From Candidatus Poribacteria bacterium (GTDB lineage Bacteria; Poribacteria; WGA-4E; PCPOR2b), in NCBI GenBank assembly GCA_965208675.1, contig OZ242351.1, positions 2,336,001 to 2,400,000 of the forward strand: a DNA stretch of 64,000 bases, read 5' to 3'. Shown one piece after another: positions 1 through 8,921 of this stretch. The translations under genes and the position numbers were made by a program. The notes under the pieces were generated by a model. That model ran no database searches, was not told where the DNA came from, and saw only the letters and a program-made list of their open reading frames with translations. Position 1 is the first letter of the stretch. Each line of letters starts with the position of its first letter.

Positions 1-1444
1 CCGTTGTGGCGTACATCTCATCGACCGCTTGATTAATCATGTGCTGAATTGCATCTTCCGGCTTTTGCTCAAACTTCTCTAATTCAGAAGGTGCAATGGG
101 TAAATCCGAGGTCAAGTATTTTGAGAAAATATCCTTTGCGCCGTCTGCCGTGGGCCGGTCGATTTTGATTTTGATGTCCAGCCTACCGGGGCGCAAAACG
201 GCTGGATCAAGAAGATCTTGTCGATTACTAGCCCCAATTACAATTACATCATGCAACCCTTCAACACCGTCAATCTCAGCGAGAAATGTTGGGACAACCG
301 TTGACTCCATGTCGGATGAGATACCCATTCCTCTTGATCTGAATAAAGAATCCATCTCATCGAAGAAAATGATGACAGGCACACCTTCCTTCGATTTTTC
401 TTTGGCTTTCGAAAAAACTTCCCGAATCTTCCGTTCAGTCTCTCCTACATACTTATTTAGCAGCTCTGGACCTTTGACATTTATAAAAAACCCTTTGACA
501 TCATCTCGACCTGTCTGTTGGCGCACCCGTTCTGCCAGATTGTTAGCAACAGCTTTGGCAATCAAGGTTTTTCCGCAGCCGGGCGGGCCATAAAGAAGGA
601 TGCCGACCGGTGAGGTTAAACTAAACTCCTTATACTCATCCGGATACAAGTATGGTGTTTCAATTGCATCACGAATGGCTTCAATCTGTAGATTCAAGCC
701 GCCAATATTTGCATACTTGATGTCCGGCACTTCTTCAAGTAACAAATCCTGTACCTCGGAGTTAGGAAGTTTCTCCATGACCATGCCGGTTGTATGATTG
801 AGCAATACAAGATCGCCCGATCGAATCGGCTCTGATTTCAGCAGATCGGAAATCTGAACAACCCGCTCTTCATCCGCACGAAGATTAACGATTATTCGGG
901 TTTCATCGAGCCGCTCCTTTACTTTAACTACCTCACCATGCTGGTCAAAATCTCTAACGGCGACGATGTTCATAACACCATTGACAATAACTTCTTGACC
1001 CTTTTGAAGTTGCTCAATGTTGATGTCCGGATCGACATTGACTTTCCATCTTTTACCAGAAAGGTCAATGTCAACTGTTCCGTCGTCGTTGGACTGGAGA
1101 AATGCACCGTAGTTATTGGGGGGAGCGCTTAATTGTTCCACTTTTTCTTTAAGGTGCTCCAGTTTCTCTTTGGCTTCCTGAAGTGTGCTTGTCAGTTTCC
1201 GATTTCGACGATGCGCCTGCATTAATTCGCGCGTCATTTCGTAAAGCCGGATTTCAACATCATCAGACGGAACGGCATTTAACCGCCTTCTTAGATTATC
1301 GACTTCGCTTTCCAGAGATTCGACAGTGAACTGCAATTCACGAATGCGTGTTTCATACGAAACCCGTTCCGATGAAGAAGGTGTCAGATCCAATGTTTCC
1401 TGAATGTCTTCACGTTTTGCGGAACCTCTTTTTTTGGTAGCCAT
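1..1444 (-). CDS. arc: Proteasome-associated AAA ATPase (ARC/Mpa), N-terminal part; runs off the window start
   Basis: Manual translation of the minus strand from ATG at 1444 (MATKKRGSAK...): N-terminal coiled coil ending LSAPPNNYGAFL, Walker A GILLYGPPGCGKTLIAKAVANN, NVKGPELLNKYVGETER, Walker B IFFDEMDSLFR, SNRQDLLDPAVLRPGRLD. Missing from the ORF track because its stop lies outside the window. Confidence 0.93.
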   Translation of the reverse strand, partial: MATKKRGSAKREDIQETLDLTPSSSERVSYETRIRELQFTVESLESEVDNLRRRLNAVPSDDVEIRLYEMTRELMQAHRRNRKLTSTLQEAKEKLEHLKEKVEQLSAPPNNYGAFLQSNDDGTVDIDLSGKRWKVNVDPDINIEQLQKGQEVIVNGVMNIVAVRDFDQHGEVVKVKERLDETRIIVNLRADEERVVQISDLLKSEPIRSGDLVLLNHTTGMVMEKLPNSEVQDLLLEEVPDIKYANIGGLNLQIEAIRDAIETPYLYPDEYKEFSLTSPVGILLYGPPGCGKTLIAKAVANNLAERVRQQTGRDDVKGFFINVKGPELLNKYVGETERKIREVFSKAKEKSKEGVPVIIFFDEMDSLFRSRGMGISSDMESTVVPTFLAEIDGVEGLHDVIVIGASNRQDLLDPAVLRPGRLDIKIKIDRPTADGAKDIFSKYLTSDLPIAPSELEKFEQKPEDAIQHMINQAVDEMYATT

Positions 1445-2125
1445 AATTTTACCCAACCTAATTTTTTATTTTGCGATTTGACTCATTATCAAAAACCAAC
1501 TGATAGTACGTAGGAATGCAGCGATCGATTACAACTCTAGCAGGTAAAATTGATACTCGTTATCTGAAATCGTGAATTTGCCTGTCGAGCTGGAAGGAGG
1601 GAAATTAGATTGGTAGGGGGTACATTCCGTCGGCTGGGTGCACCTGTGCGGTTTTGCCCGCTCAATGCAAATTTGTTTTTCAGGTAAGGATATCTATCGG
1701 CAAGACCTCGTAAAAATTCGATTTTCACCGGATAGCCGCTCTGGCGGCCGCAACCGTAACCAACATAAGACTGAGCATTGGCAGTATTAGCGCATTGAAG
1801 ACACTGAACACCTAATTGCTGAAGTTCGGGTGTTGTCCCATTGCATTCCACATCATTTTGAAAACCCGCTGCTTTTGCATAGAACATTTCAGCTAATTCC
1901 AATTTATTTGCTTTTGGGTGCTTTATCAATGCACTAGACGAGAAACGCGACTTAAACTTGAAAATCTTGAGTAGCCAGAAACTACCCAATGGCATTCACA
2001 TTGCGTATGCTCCGTACTACGCGCAACCGCCCAGTTACGCCAGGTTTAGTATTGACAACGTGTAGCATTTCCCACTGGAAAAGCAACTTAAAATAGCTGT
2101 CATTTTGGACGCTAAGGGCGGTTAG

Positions 2126-2154
2126 ATTATAGCATTCGCCTATAATCGTGTCAA
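2126..2154 (-). promoter_or_regulatory. Consensus sigma70 promoter TTGACA-N17-TATAAT facing arc, overlapped by an 8-bp inverted repeat
   Basis: Minus strand TTGACA cgattataggcgaatgc TATAAT; GATTATAG-N7-CTATAATC at 2125-2147. Confidence 0.8.
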
Positions 2155-2367
2155 GGAAAATATCCGGAACTCTCAGGGCTTGCGCCGTTCAGATACAAGC
2201 TCAGAAACCTTGCGGCGAGCGATCAATGGCGCCGATCTCAAGATCGCCCAAACTCGATGTTATTGCTAATGTGCATTCATTGATTTTCGCTAATTATTTG
2301 GTGCGTCGCCGCGATTGTGACTAATCCCAGTCATTGCAGTTTAGCTTTCCTAAGGCGAATCCAACTC

Positions 2368-3426
2368 CTATTCCTCAACGGATTCTCGGGCATCAACATC
2401 ATTGCTAACAGAGGCGGTGCCTGGCGGGCTATGAACTCCTAATTTTTCTCGAATTTTGGTTTCGATTTCAGCAGCAATTTCGGCGTGCTCTTTTAGGTAA
2501 AGCTTTGCATTGTTCCTACCTTGCCCTAGCCGATCGCCTCCATAGGCAAACCATGCGCCGCTTTTCTCTATGATGCCTTCATCTACACCGACATCAAGAA
2601 TGCCTCCTTCTTTCGAGATGCCATCTCCAAAAGTCAAATCAAACTCCGCTTGCCGAAATGGCGGCGCCACCTTGTTTTTGGCAATCTTTACGCGTACGCG
2701 GTTCCCAATGGCTTCATTCCCCTCTTTCAAGCTTTCGACCCGGCGCATTTCCAGCCGCACAGAGGCATGAAATTTTAGCGCTAATCCGCCAGGAGTGGTT
2801 TCCGGGTTGCCAAACATGACACCTATCTTCTGACGAATCTGGTTGGTAAAGACTACACAAGTTTTTGACCGATTGGTAATACCGCTGAGTTTACGGAGCG
2901 CTTTGGACATTAAACGCGGCAATAATCCCACGTGAGCGTCACCCATGTCCCCCTCAATTTCCGCCTGAGGTGTCAACGCTGCCACCGAATCAACCACAAC
3001 GATGTCAATTGCCCCGCTGCGAATAAGGGTTTCCACAATTTCCAACGCTTGTTCGCCGGTGTCCGGCTGAGAAATGAGTAACTCATCCATATCCACACCG
3101 ATGCGTTTGGAATAATTGGGGTCTAGTGCGTGTTCAACATCGACAAATGCCGCAACCCCGCGTTGTTTTTGTGCTTCAGCCACAACATGCAGCGCAAGCG
3201 TTGTTTTTCCGCTAGATTCGTGGCCGAAAATTTCAACGATTCGCCCGCGGGGCACTCCACCTACACCGAGCGCAATGTCTAGTGCAAGTGAACCTGTTGG
3301 AATAGATTCGACCGGAACAATTTCAGTACTGTTAAAGCGCATTATCGCGCCTTTACCGTGTTGCCGCTCAATTTGTGTTATTGCAAGATCGATGGTATGG
3401 TTCTTTTCATCTCTTGTCATCATCAA
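2368..3426 (-). CDS. recA: Recombinase RecA
   Basis: [67 protein letters not shown]. Confidence 0.99.
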   Translation of the reverse strand: MMMTRDEKNHTIDLAITQIERQHGKGAIMRFNSTEIVPVESIPTGSLALDIALGVGGVPRGRIVEIFGHESSGKTTLALHVVAEAQKQRGVAAFVDVEHALDPNYSKRIGVDMDELLISQPDTGEQALEIVETLIRSGAIDIVVVDSVAALTPQAEIEGDMGDAHVGLLPRLMSKALRKLSGITNRSKTCVVFTNQIRQKIGVMFGNPETTPGGLALKFHASVRLEMRRVESLKEGNEAIGNRVRVKIAKNKVAPPFRQAEFDLTFGDGISKEGGILDVGVDEGIIEKSGAWFAYGGDRLGQGRNNAKLYLKEHAEIAAEIETKIREKLGVHSPPGTASVSNDVDARESVEE

Positions 3427-4010
3427 ACCTCCATATTCAATCTACACGATTTTAAGCGGGTGTAGACCGCCCCTGTCAATTGCAGTTGGCTCCGCACAAG
3501 TGTAATCTCTTTGACCGTCATTGAGGCGCCGTCAATTTCCTCATATTGCTGAATCGCATCAGTGAAAGGTCGCAGATCCATCCGCTCTTTGATTCTAGCG
3601 ATTGTTAAATGGGGGTTGGCTGCTCTTTCATCGCGCGGAAATCCATATCGATCTAGTTCAAGGTTGATTTCTTTGGCTAACTCACTTATCTCGGCACTCC
3701 CATCTTTAACGCCGCACCAAACCACCCTTGGGCGTTTTAGATTCGGAAATGCACCAATCCCTCCAACCCGCATCGTAAATGCGAAATGACCCATCGCTAC
3801 CTTCTGGATGGCAGCTTCAATCGTACCGAGCTGGGTGTGTTCAACCTCTCCCAAAAATTTTAATGTAACGTGAATATTTTTCGGATTAACCCATGACGCA
3901 TGGCGAACACGTTTTCTGAGTATATCTTGAATTTGTGCCAACTTGTCTTGAATTGTAGACGGGATTTCGATTGCTACGAAACAACGAATTTGCTGCGATG
4001 TGTTTTGCAT
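3423..4010 (-). CDS. thpR: RNA 2',3'-cyclic phosphodiesterase (2H family, ThpR/LigT)
   Basis: RCFVAIEI start, two HxT motifs (HVTL, HLTI), GAFP..RPRVVW; overlaps the recA start. Confidence 0.93.
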   Translation of the reverse strand: MQNTSQQIRCFVAIEIPSTIQDKLAQIQDILRKRVRHASWVNPKNIHVTLKFLGEVEHTQLGTIEAAIQKVAMGHFAFTMRVGGIGAFPNLKRPRVVWCGVKDGSAEISELAKEINLELDRYGFPRDERAANPHLTIARIKERMDLRPFTDAIQQYEEIDGASMTVKEITLVRSQLQLTGAVYTRLKSCRLNMEV

Positions 4011-4083
4011 ACCCCAAATACTGAATAAATAGCAAACATCAATGTGCAGTTTGACGTTGACACTTACGCTTGATACAATCGAT

Positions 4084-4710
4084 CTAGAGATCGTCGTCGG
4101 TGTATATATCCGCTGACCGCATCAAGTCGTACATCGCCTTGCGGTTATTATACAGAAATTCTAAACCAGACACCACTGTTAAAATGAGCGGGATGTACAT
4201 CATAAAATAGATTGGCCCGAAGGGGTGAACGATTAGGTCGACGGGAAGCACTGACAACCCTCCAAATTCATAGATAACAAGCAATGCCAAACTTATGGTT
4301 AGGACAACCATTTGAGAAGATGTTTTATATTTCCCCCACTTGGCTGATGCGACGACAGTTCCCTGCGTTGCAATGAATGCTATCCGCAACCCCGTAACAA
4401 CAAACTCACGCCCTACAATTGTGATAACCATCCAGCCTGGAATTAGTCCTTCTCCGAACCGGGTAAGACAGATTAACGCCGCACCAACAAGGAGTTTATC
4501 CGCGAGTGGATCGATAAATTTTCCAAAACTAGTGGTACCTTGCTTCCGAGCAATTCGTCCATCGAAGAAATCTGTAAGCGACGATACGGCAAAAATGATT
4601 AGCGCCGCAAGCAAACGTTGGTAGCGAAATGAGAGCATCAAAAGCGGTACCATGACGATGCGTGAAATCGTTAGGTAATTCGCCAAGCGCATGAGGTTGT
4701 GAATATTCAT
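4084..4710 (-). CDS. pgsA: CDP-diacylglycerol--glycerol-3-phosphate 3-phosphatidyltransferase
   Basis: NYLTISRI; CDP-alcohol phosphotransferase motif DFFDGRIAR...FGKFIDPLADK; REFVVTGLR; GKYKT. Confidence 0.92.
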   Translation of the reverse strand: MNIHNLMRLANYLTISRIVMVPLLMLSFRYQRLLAALIIFAVSSLTDFFDGRIARKQGTTSFGKFIDPLADKLLVGAALICLTRFGEGLIPGWMVITIVGREFVVTGLRIAFIATQGTVVASAKWGKYKTSSQMVVLTISLALLVIYEFGGLSVLPVDLIVHPFGPIYFMMYIPLILTVVSGLEFLYNNRKAMYDLMRSADIYTDDDL

Positions 4711-4743
4711 GATTAGACTGTTGTGCTTCGTGAGAAGTGCGAT

Positions 4744-5433
4744 TCACTCGTCAGATGAAAGATCAATGATTTCGACATCGTCGGGAATAATAAACTTGAA
4801 GGCATCGGCCGCGATTTCCGCATCGCGCCGAACTTTTTTCAACGAAACTATTACACTAAGGGTACTCCCATCCTCTCTTTCGGATCTGTAACCGAACTGC
4901 ACCGGCAACCAATCACTCGATTGCACCCAAACTTCCAAGATTTCGCGCGCATGCTGGATTCCATCAGCCGGTTGAGACAGCAAATGAGGCTTAGGCGTCA
5001 ATTCAATCTGGTAGACGCCTTTCTTATTCGCGATGGAATCCGGAACTAGCCGCATATCATAATTCTCTTGAACATCATCCAATGATGCCCCGATTCCCGG
5101 CAATAACTCGTTGCGATTCGAGTTGCTCCACCGCATCTTATTGACCTGATTCAGCATCGGCGTATAAGACCAGGAATAATCGCCATCAAGGATGATTAAC
5201 TGCACGGTTTGGCTAGAATCCTCGCGGCTCAAATACTCCTTGCGCAACAAGTTAGGCTTGCTAAATGCCAGTTTGCCGCCCGCAATGCTTTTATTGCCAT
5301 CTTGAAGCGTTGTCTCCTCAAACTCAGCGCTAAAGTTCTTGGATGTATCATAAGCTGCCTTAAACTTGTGGAAAATCTCATCAACTGAATAAGCAAATCC
5401 CGACTGCCCGCCAGCAATCAAAAATAATGTCAA
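4744..5433 (-). CDS. lolA: Outer-membrane lipoprotein carrier LolA-like protein
   Basis: Hydrophobic N-terminus, FSAEFEE, GKLAFSKPNLLR, IILDG.YSWSY.P.LNQV, C-terminal FKFIIPDDVEII; start codon uncertain. Confidence 0.75.
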   Translation of the reverse strand: MTLFLIAGGQSGFAYSVDEIFHKFKAAYDTSKNFSAEFEETTLQDGNKSIAGGKLAFSKPNLLRKEYLSREDSSQTVQLIILDGDYSWSYTPMLNQVNKMRWSNSNRNELLPGIGASLDDVQENYDMRLVPDSIANKKGVYQIELTPKPHLLSQPADGIQHAREILEVWVQSSDWLPVQFGYRSEREDGSTLSVIVSLKKVRRDAEIAADAFKFIIPDDVEIIDLSSDE

Positions 5434-5500
5434 CAGTTTCCCATACCAGAGCAGTTCATTGACCTTATCCCCCGGATTATAATTCTGGATTTACGATTGC

Positions 5501-5529
5501 AGTATAGCACCTGCACCTTTAATTGTCAA
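5501..5529 (-). promoter_or_regulatory. sigma70 promoter for lolA-pgsA-thpR-recA
   Basis: TTGACA-N17-TATACT on the minus strand. Confidence 0.7.
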
Positions 5530-6068
5530 CGCCGTTTTTGAAGTCTATCACTAGCTTAAATTTAGACATCGAAATGTATTCGCAGTTGGATAAACATAAC
5601 AAGCTACTCGGTTGGGTTACACTGTTCATAACTGCAATTGTTCCTCAATTTGACTTGACGCAATCAACGTGCCGATGGATTGAACCAACACGCTCTTTTA
5701 CACCGGGGAAGTAGTGTTTGTTCCCTATTTCGGCAAGGATGATGGAATCCTTAAAATCGCAGCCAAGATTTTTCGCATCACAGCACACTACTCATTTTGC
5801 CGGTAGTTTGAATTCGGGCGGTAATGAAGTACGAGGTTTTGGTGTTTGCTGTCCAAGGAATTAATGCCCTGGGAGGGTTGATTTATCTGCTTTGCTGTTC
5901 GACATGCTCGTTAAGAACCTAACCTAATGGTAACGTCTTGCAGAAATTTAACCGTTTTACTTTTTGAAACCGTTTCACACGAGATGCGTTTGGTATGGAT
6001 AGAATTCTTCCAAAAAAAATAGAATGTGTACCAAATCTCTCTAATTCATCACGAGGAAACCAATTCAA

Positions 6069-7085
6069 ATGCCAAAACATTATACCTATCTGGTCTCTTG
6101 CGTCAGAGAAACGTCAATCGAATGGGGAATTGAACTTCAATCGCTCGGCGATGCAGTGCCGCCGAAAGTCGTTCGCTTAGCGCACCTGACTCGACCGCTA
6201 ACTGATTCGCCATATTTTCAATCAAAAAGTAACCCGATAGCTTATCTTAAGCAGCTAATAAAAGGCATGACGGATATGCTGCGCGATTACCACACACGTG
6301 TTTTCAGAAAGATTCAGATCAGGCTGGAAGAGTTACAGGTCGGAGAACGCTGCTATGTCCAAGTTGCTTACACAGATAATGGTGCGGAAATTAAACCCCA
6401 CAATTACGAAATCCAGCTACTTGAGAACTCGCCGCTTGAATCACTAGACGCAAATCCCGAACAGTCAACTGCATCCTCCACTACGCTGAATGGCAACAAT
6501 CATTCTGGTCATCAGGGAGAAGAGGCCGTCCTGAATTGGCAAAAATCGGCTAAATCAAGTGCGAACGGTCAAAGTAAATCTTCAGTTGATAATTCAACTG
6601 AGGTGGTTAAACAGATTACAAAATTGCATGAGAGAGTTAGGAAACTTCAATCTGAAATGGACGTGATGAAGGAGAGACTAGACGAAGGGCGGCGCTTGTC
6701 GGAAAGAATTCTGAGTGACAGAGATTTTCTTGGATCTAGAAGAGCAGAAGTCGCTGGCCAACCCAATGCACCGCGAATTGGGAGCAAACGGGTGTATATG
6801 CGTCCAAACGGTGGAAAAGATCCGCAGAAAACGGATAGCATTATGCTCAATCAGGATGAAAGTACCGCTATCCAATACATTATGGACCAGAAAAGCATAA
6901 CTGAATCTCAGTTGAGGAAGCAATACCACATTGGTAATGCTTCTGAAGTTATGGCGAGCTTGATTGACAAGATGGAACAATACAATTCGCCCTGCATTGA
7001 TGTCCAGACGGATGAGAATGGTAAATTGGTTTACCATTGGAATCAGCCGGATGATGGGGCGATGGCTGCGTCAAATCATTCTTGA
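6069..7085 (+). CDS. Hypothetical protein (N-terminal domain, low-complexity linker, coiled coil, possible C-terminal winged helix)
   Basis: 338-aa ORF with SD GAGGA; heptad segment VVKQITKLHERVRKLQSEMDVMKERL; family not recognised. Confidence 0.75.
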   Translation: MPKHYTYLVSCVRETSIEWGIELQSLGDAVPPKVVRLAHLTRPLTDSPYFQSKSNPIAYLKQLIKGMTDMLRDYHTRVFRKIQIRLEELQVGERCYVQVAYTDNGAEIKPHNYEIQLLENSPLESLDANPEQSTASSTTLNGNNHSGHQGEEAVLNWQKSAKSSANGQSKSSVDNSTEVVKQITKLHERVRKLQSEMDVMKERLDEGRRLSERILSDRDFLGSRRAEVAGQPNAPRIGSKRVYMRPNGGKDPQKTDSIMLNQDESTAIQYIMDQKSITESQLRKQYHIGNASEVMASLIDKMEQYNSPCIDVQTDENGKLVYHWNQPDDGAMAASNHS

Positions 7086-7148
7086 TGAACAGTTAAGTCT
7101 AGCGGCGGTTCATTATTCATTTTCAATCCGTTGTGCGCTCTATCGGAT

Positions 7149-7484
7149 TTAATCATTCAGGGGTGCGTCAATCTCCATGTCAAGCAGAATGGCGCTAAAC
7201 CCGTTGCCGTGCCCATCAATCATCAGCGAACGTGACACCCCACCCCCAAGCGCATTACGAACTACGAAGTTTAACGCGCCAATTTTCGGTAGTTCGTAGC
7301 GCTCTATTTGCCCGTGCGGTATGCCGCTGAGATAATCATCTACAGCTTCCGCCGTTACGTGTTCCTTCACCCACTCGTAGTTTGTTTGGTCGTAGACTAT
7401 CAGCCCGATATTTACGGTATCCGCCTTGTCGCCCGATCGCGAGTGGCATATCTGCCTGAGCTTAATCCGATTAGCCATTGTCAT
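7149..7484 (-). CDS. AtuA-like ferredoxin-fold small protein
   Basis: HSRSGDKADTVNIG, ERYELPKIGALNFVV..ALGGGVSRSL.IDGHG. Confidence 0.85.
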   Translation of the reverse strand: MTMANRIKLRQICHSRSGDKADTVNIGLIVYDQTNYEWVKEHVTAEAVDDYLSGIPHGQIERYELPKIGALNFVVRNALGGGVSRSLMIDGHGNGFSAILLDMEIDAPLND

Positions 7485-7494
7485 TCTCCCTCCT

Positions 7495-8862
7495 TTACTC
7501 TACAACGTATTCGTGTACGTTAAATTGTACGGTTTCACGGGGTAACAGCGTGGTATAAAGCCCGATGACTTCTTCCGGTCCCGCTTGGTAATCGAGCCGC
7601 AGTCCCTGGGATACGCCCGCCGGCCCATTTAGAGCGAGAGACTCAACATCATGCAAAACTTCCCACGCCTGTTCTTGGGTGTCGAAATAGCCGCTCACTC
7701 TCAGCTCAACTTCTTTTACCGCAGACAGATCTACATCAGACCACGGAAAGAGTGCGTTAACGCCAACAAAATCGAACCTCAAGGCAGATTTATCAATACC
7801 GTGAACGCGTACCGCCCGCTTTGCAATTGTATCGGCAGCTAACTGCGCTCTGGCATACGCCCCGGTTCCACCATAATAAGCCCGGCTAACTGCCACAAAG
7901 TTCTCACGTACACCGAGCAGCACTTTTACCGTTGATGGTCGAGGATGCCCTTTCGTCCCGGTTACGCTGACTCGATCGGTGCCAACTTGCTTAATCTCCG
8001 TGCTGGTGAAATCGACCACGCCATCGTTATGAATGTAGTTGCTTGGGTCGTGGAGTTCGTAAAGGAGTTGCTCTTTGACGGTCCGCTCGGACACTACCCC
8101 GCCTGTATTTGGAACCTTCGTGATAATCGCGTCTCCGTTTGCGTACACCTCAGCGATAGGCATTCCAATGTTGTCCAAACCGGATACATCCTTCATTCCG
8201 GGATCTGCATGATATCCGCCCGAGAGCTGCGCGCCGCACTCCATCAGGTGCCCAATGCCTAGCCCGCTCGCCAGCAAATCCCAGTCATCCATCTGCCAGC
8301 CCAATTCAAATATCAACGGCGCAAGAAATTGAGTGGAATCACCGGCTCTACTAGTAATCACTATATCCGCGCCCCGCCGCAACCCCTCAACAATCAGCGG
8401 TGCGCCTTGGTATGCGATAGCGGCTACAAGCCTATCCCCGAAAATAGAAACCGGCTCGCCCGTCTCAGATGTTACCGGATCTATTTCGTTGATAAGTGCG
8501 GCGCTGCTATCCGGCTGCGTATAGGCGACTTTGATACCTTTAATGTTCAATTCCTCGCAGATTTTGGCTGTTAAATTAACTGCACCTTTTACATCTGCGC
8601 TCCCACCATTATGGATGATTTTAACACCATTCTTGATGCATGCCGGAAGTACAGTTAGCAGGGTTCTACCAAGCGTGACATCGTATCCGACATCGCCCTT
8701 TGCCTTTCGCAGTGCGGATTCGGAATAGGCTTTTTCCGATTGAGCGTCAAAAATCAGATAATCAATCCCGCCATTCTCCGCCAGATTCAATGCGGCGTCT
8801 ATACGGTCGCCGCCGGCGCCGGATCCGCTTCCCAGCCGAATTGATGATTTTCGTGTATTAAT
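7495..8862 (-). CDS. Acyclic terpene utilisation AtuA-family protein (DUF1446)
   Basis: IRLGSGSG..GDR, ADIVITSR..D, GHLMECGAQLSGG, TVKEQLLYELHDP; SD GAGGAGG points to an ATT start at 8862 (ORF track uses 8934). Confidence 0.88.
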   Translation of the reverse strand: MNTRKSSIRLGSGSGAGGDRIDAALNLAENGGIDYLIFDAQSEKAYSESALRKAKGDVGYDVTLGRTLLTVLPACIKNGVKIIHNGGSADVKGAVNLTAKICEELNIKGIKVAYTQPDSSAALINEIDPVTSETGEPVSIFGDRLVAAIAYQGAPLIVEGLRRGADIVITSRAGDSTQFLAPLIFELGWQMDDWDLLASGLGIGHLMECGAQLSGGYHADPGMKDVSGLDNIGMPIAEVYANGDAIITKVPNTGGVVSERTVKEQLLYELHDPSNYIHNDGVVDFTSTEIKQVGTDRVSVTGTKGHPRPSTVKVLLGVRENFVAVSRAYYGGTGAYARAQLAADTIAKRAVRVHGIDKSALRFDFVGVNALFPWSDVDLSAVKEVELRVSGYFDTQEQAWEVLHDVESLALNGPAGVSQGLRLDYQAGPEEVIGLYTTLLPRETVQFNVHEYVVE

Positions 8863-8921
8863 TGTCTTACCCTCCTCAGCAGCGTGAAATTTGAAGACCG
8901 AAACTATTCGACAAGTTATCT

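Noticed and set aside
96-1132. Plus-strand ORFs at 96, 600 and 938
   Set aside because: Antisense shadows of arc.
1537-1995. 152-aa ORF upstream of arc
   Set aside because: No SD, no recognisable motifs; not called as a CDS, kept only as part of the leader finding.
4011-4083. Missing cinA between pgsA and thpR
   Set aside because: Common gene-order variation; no remnant visible.
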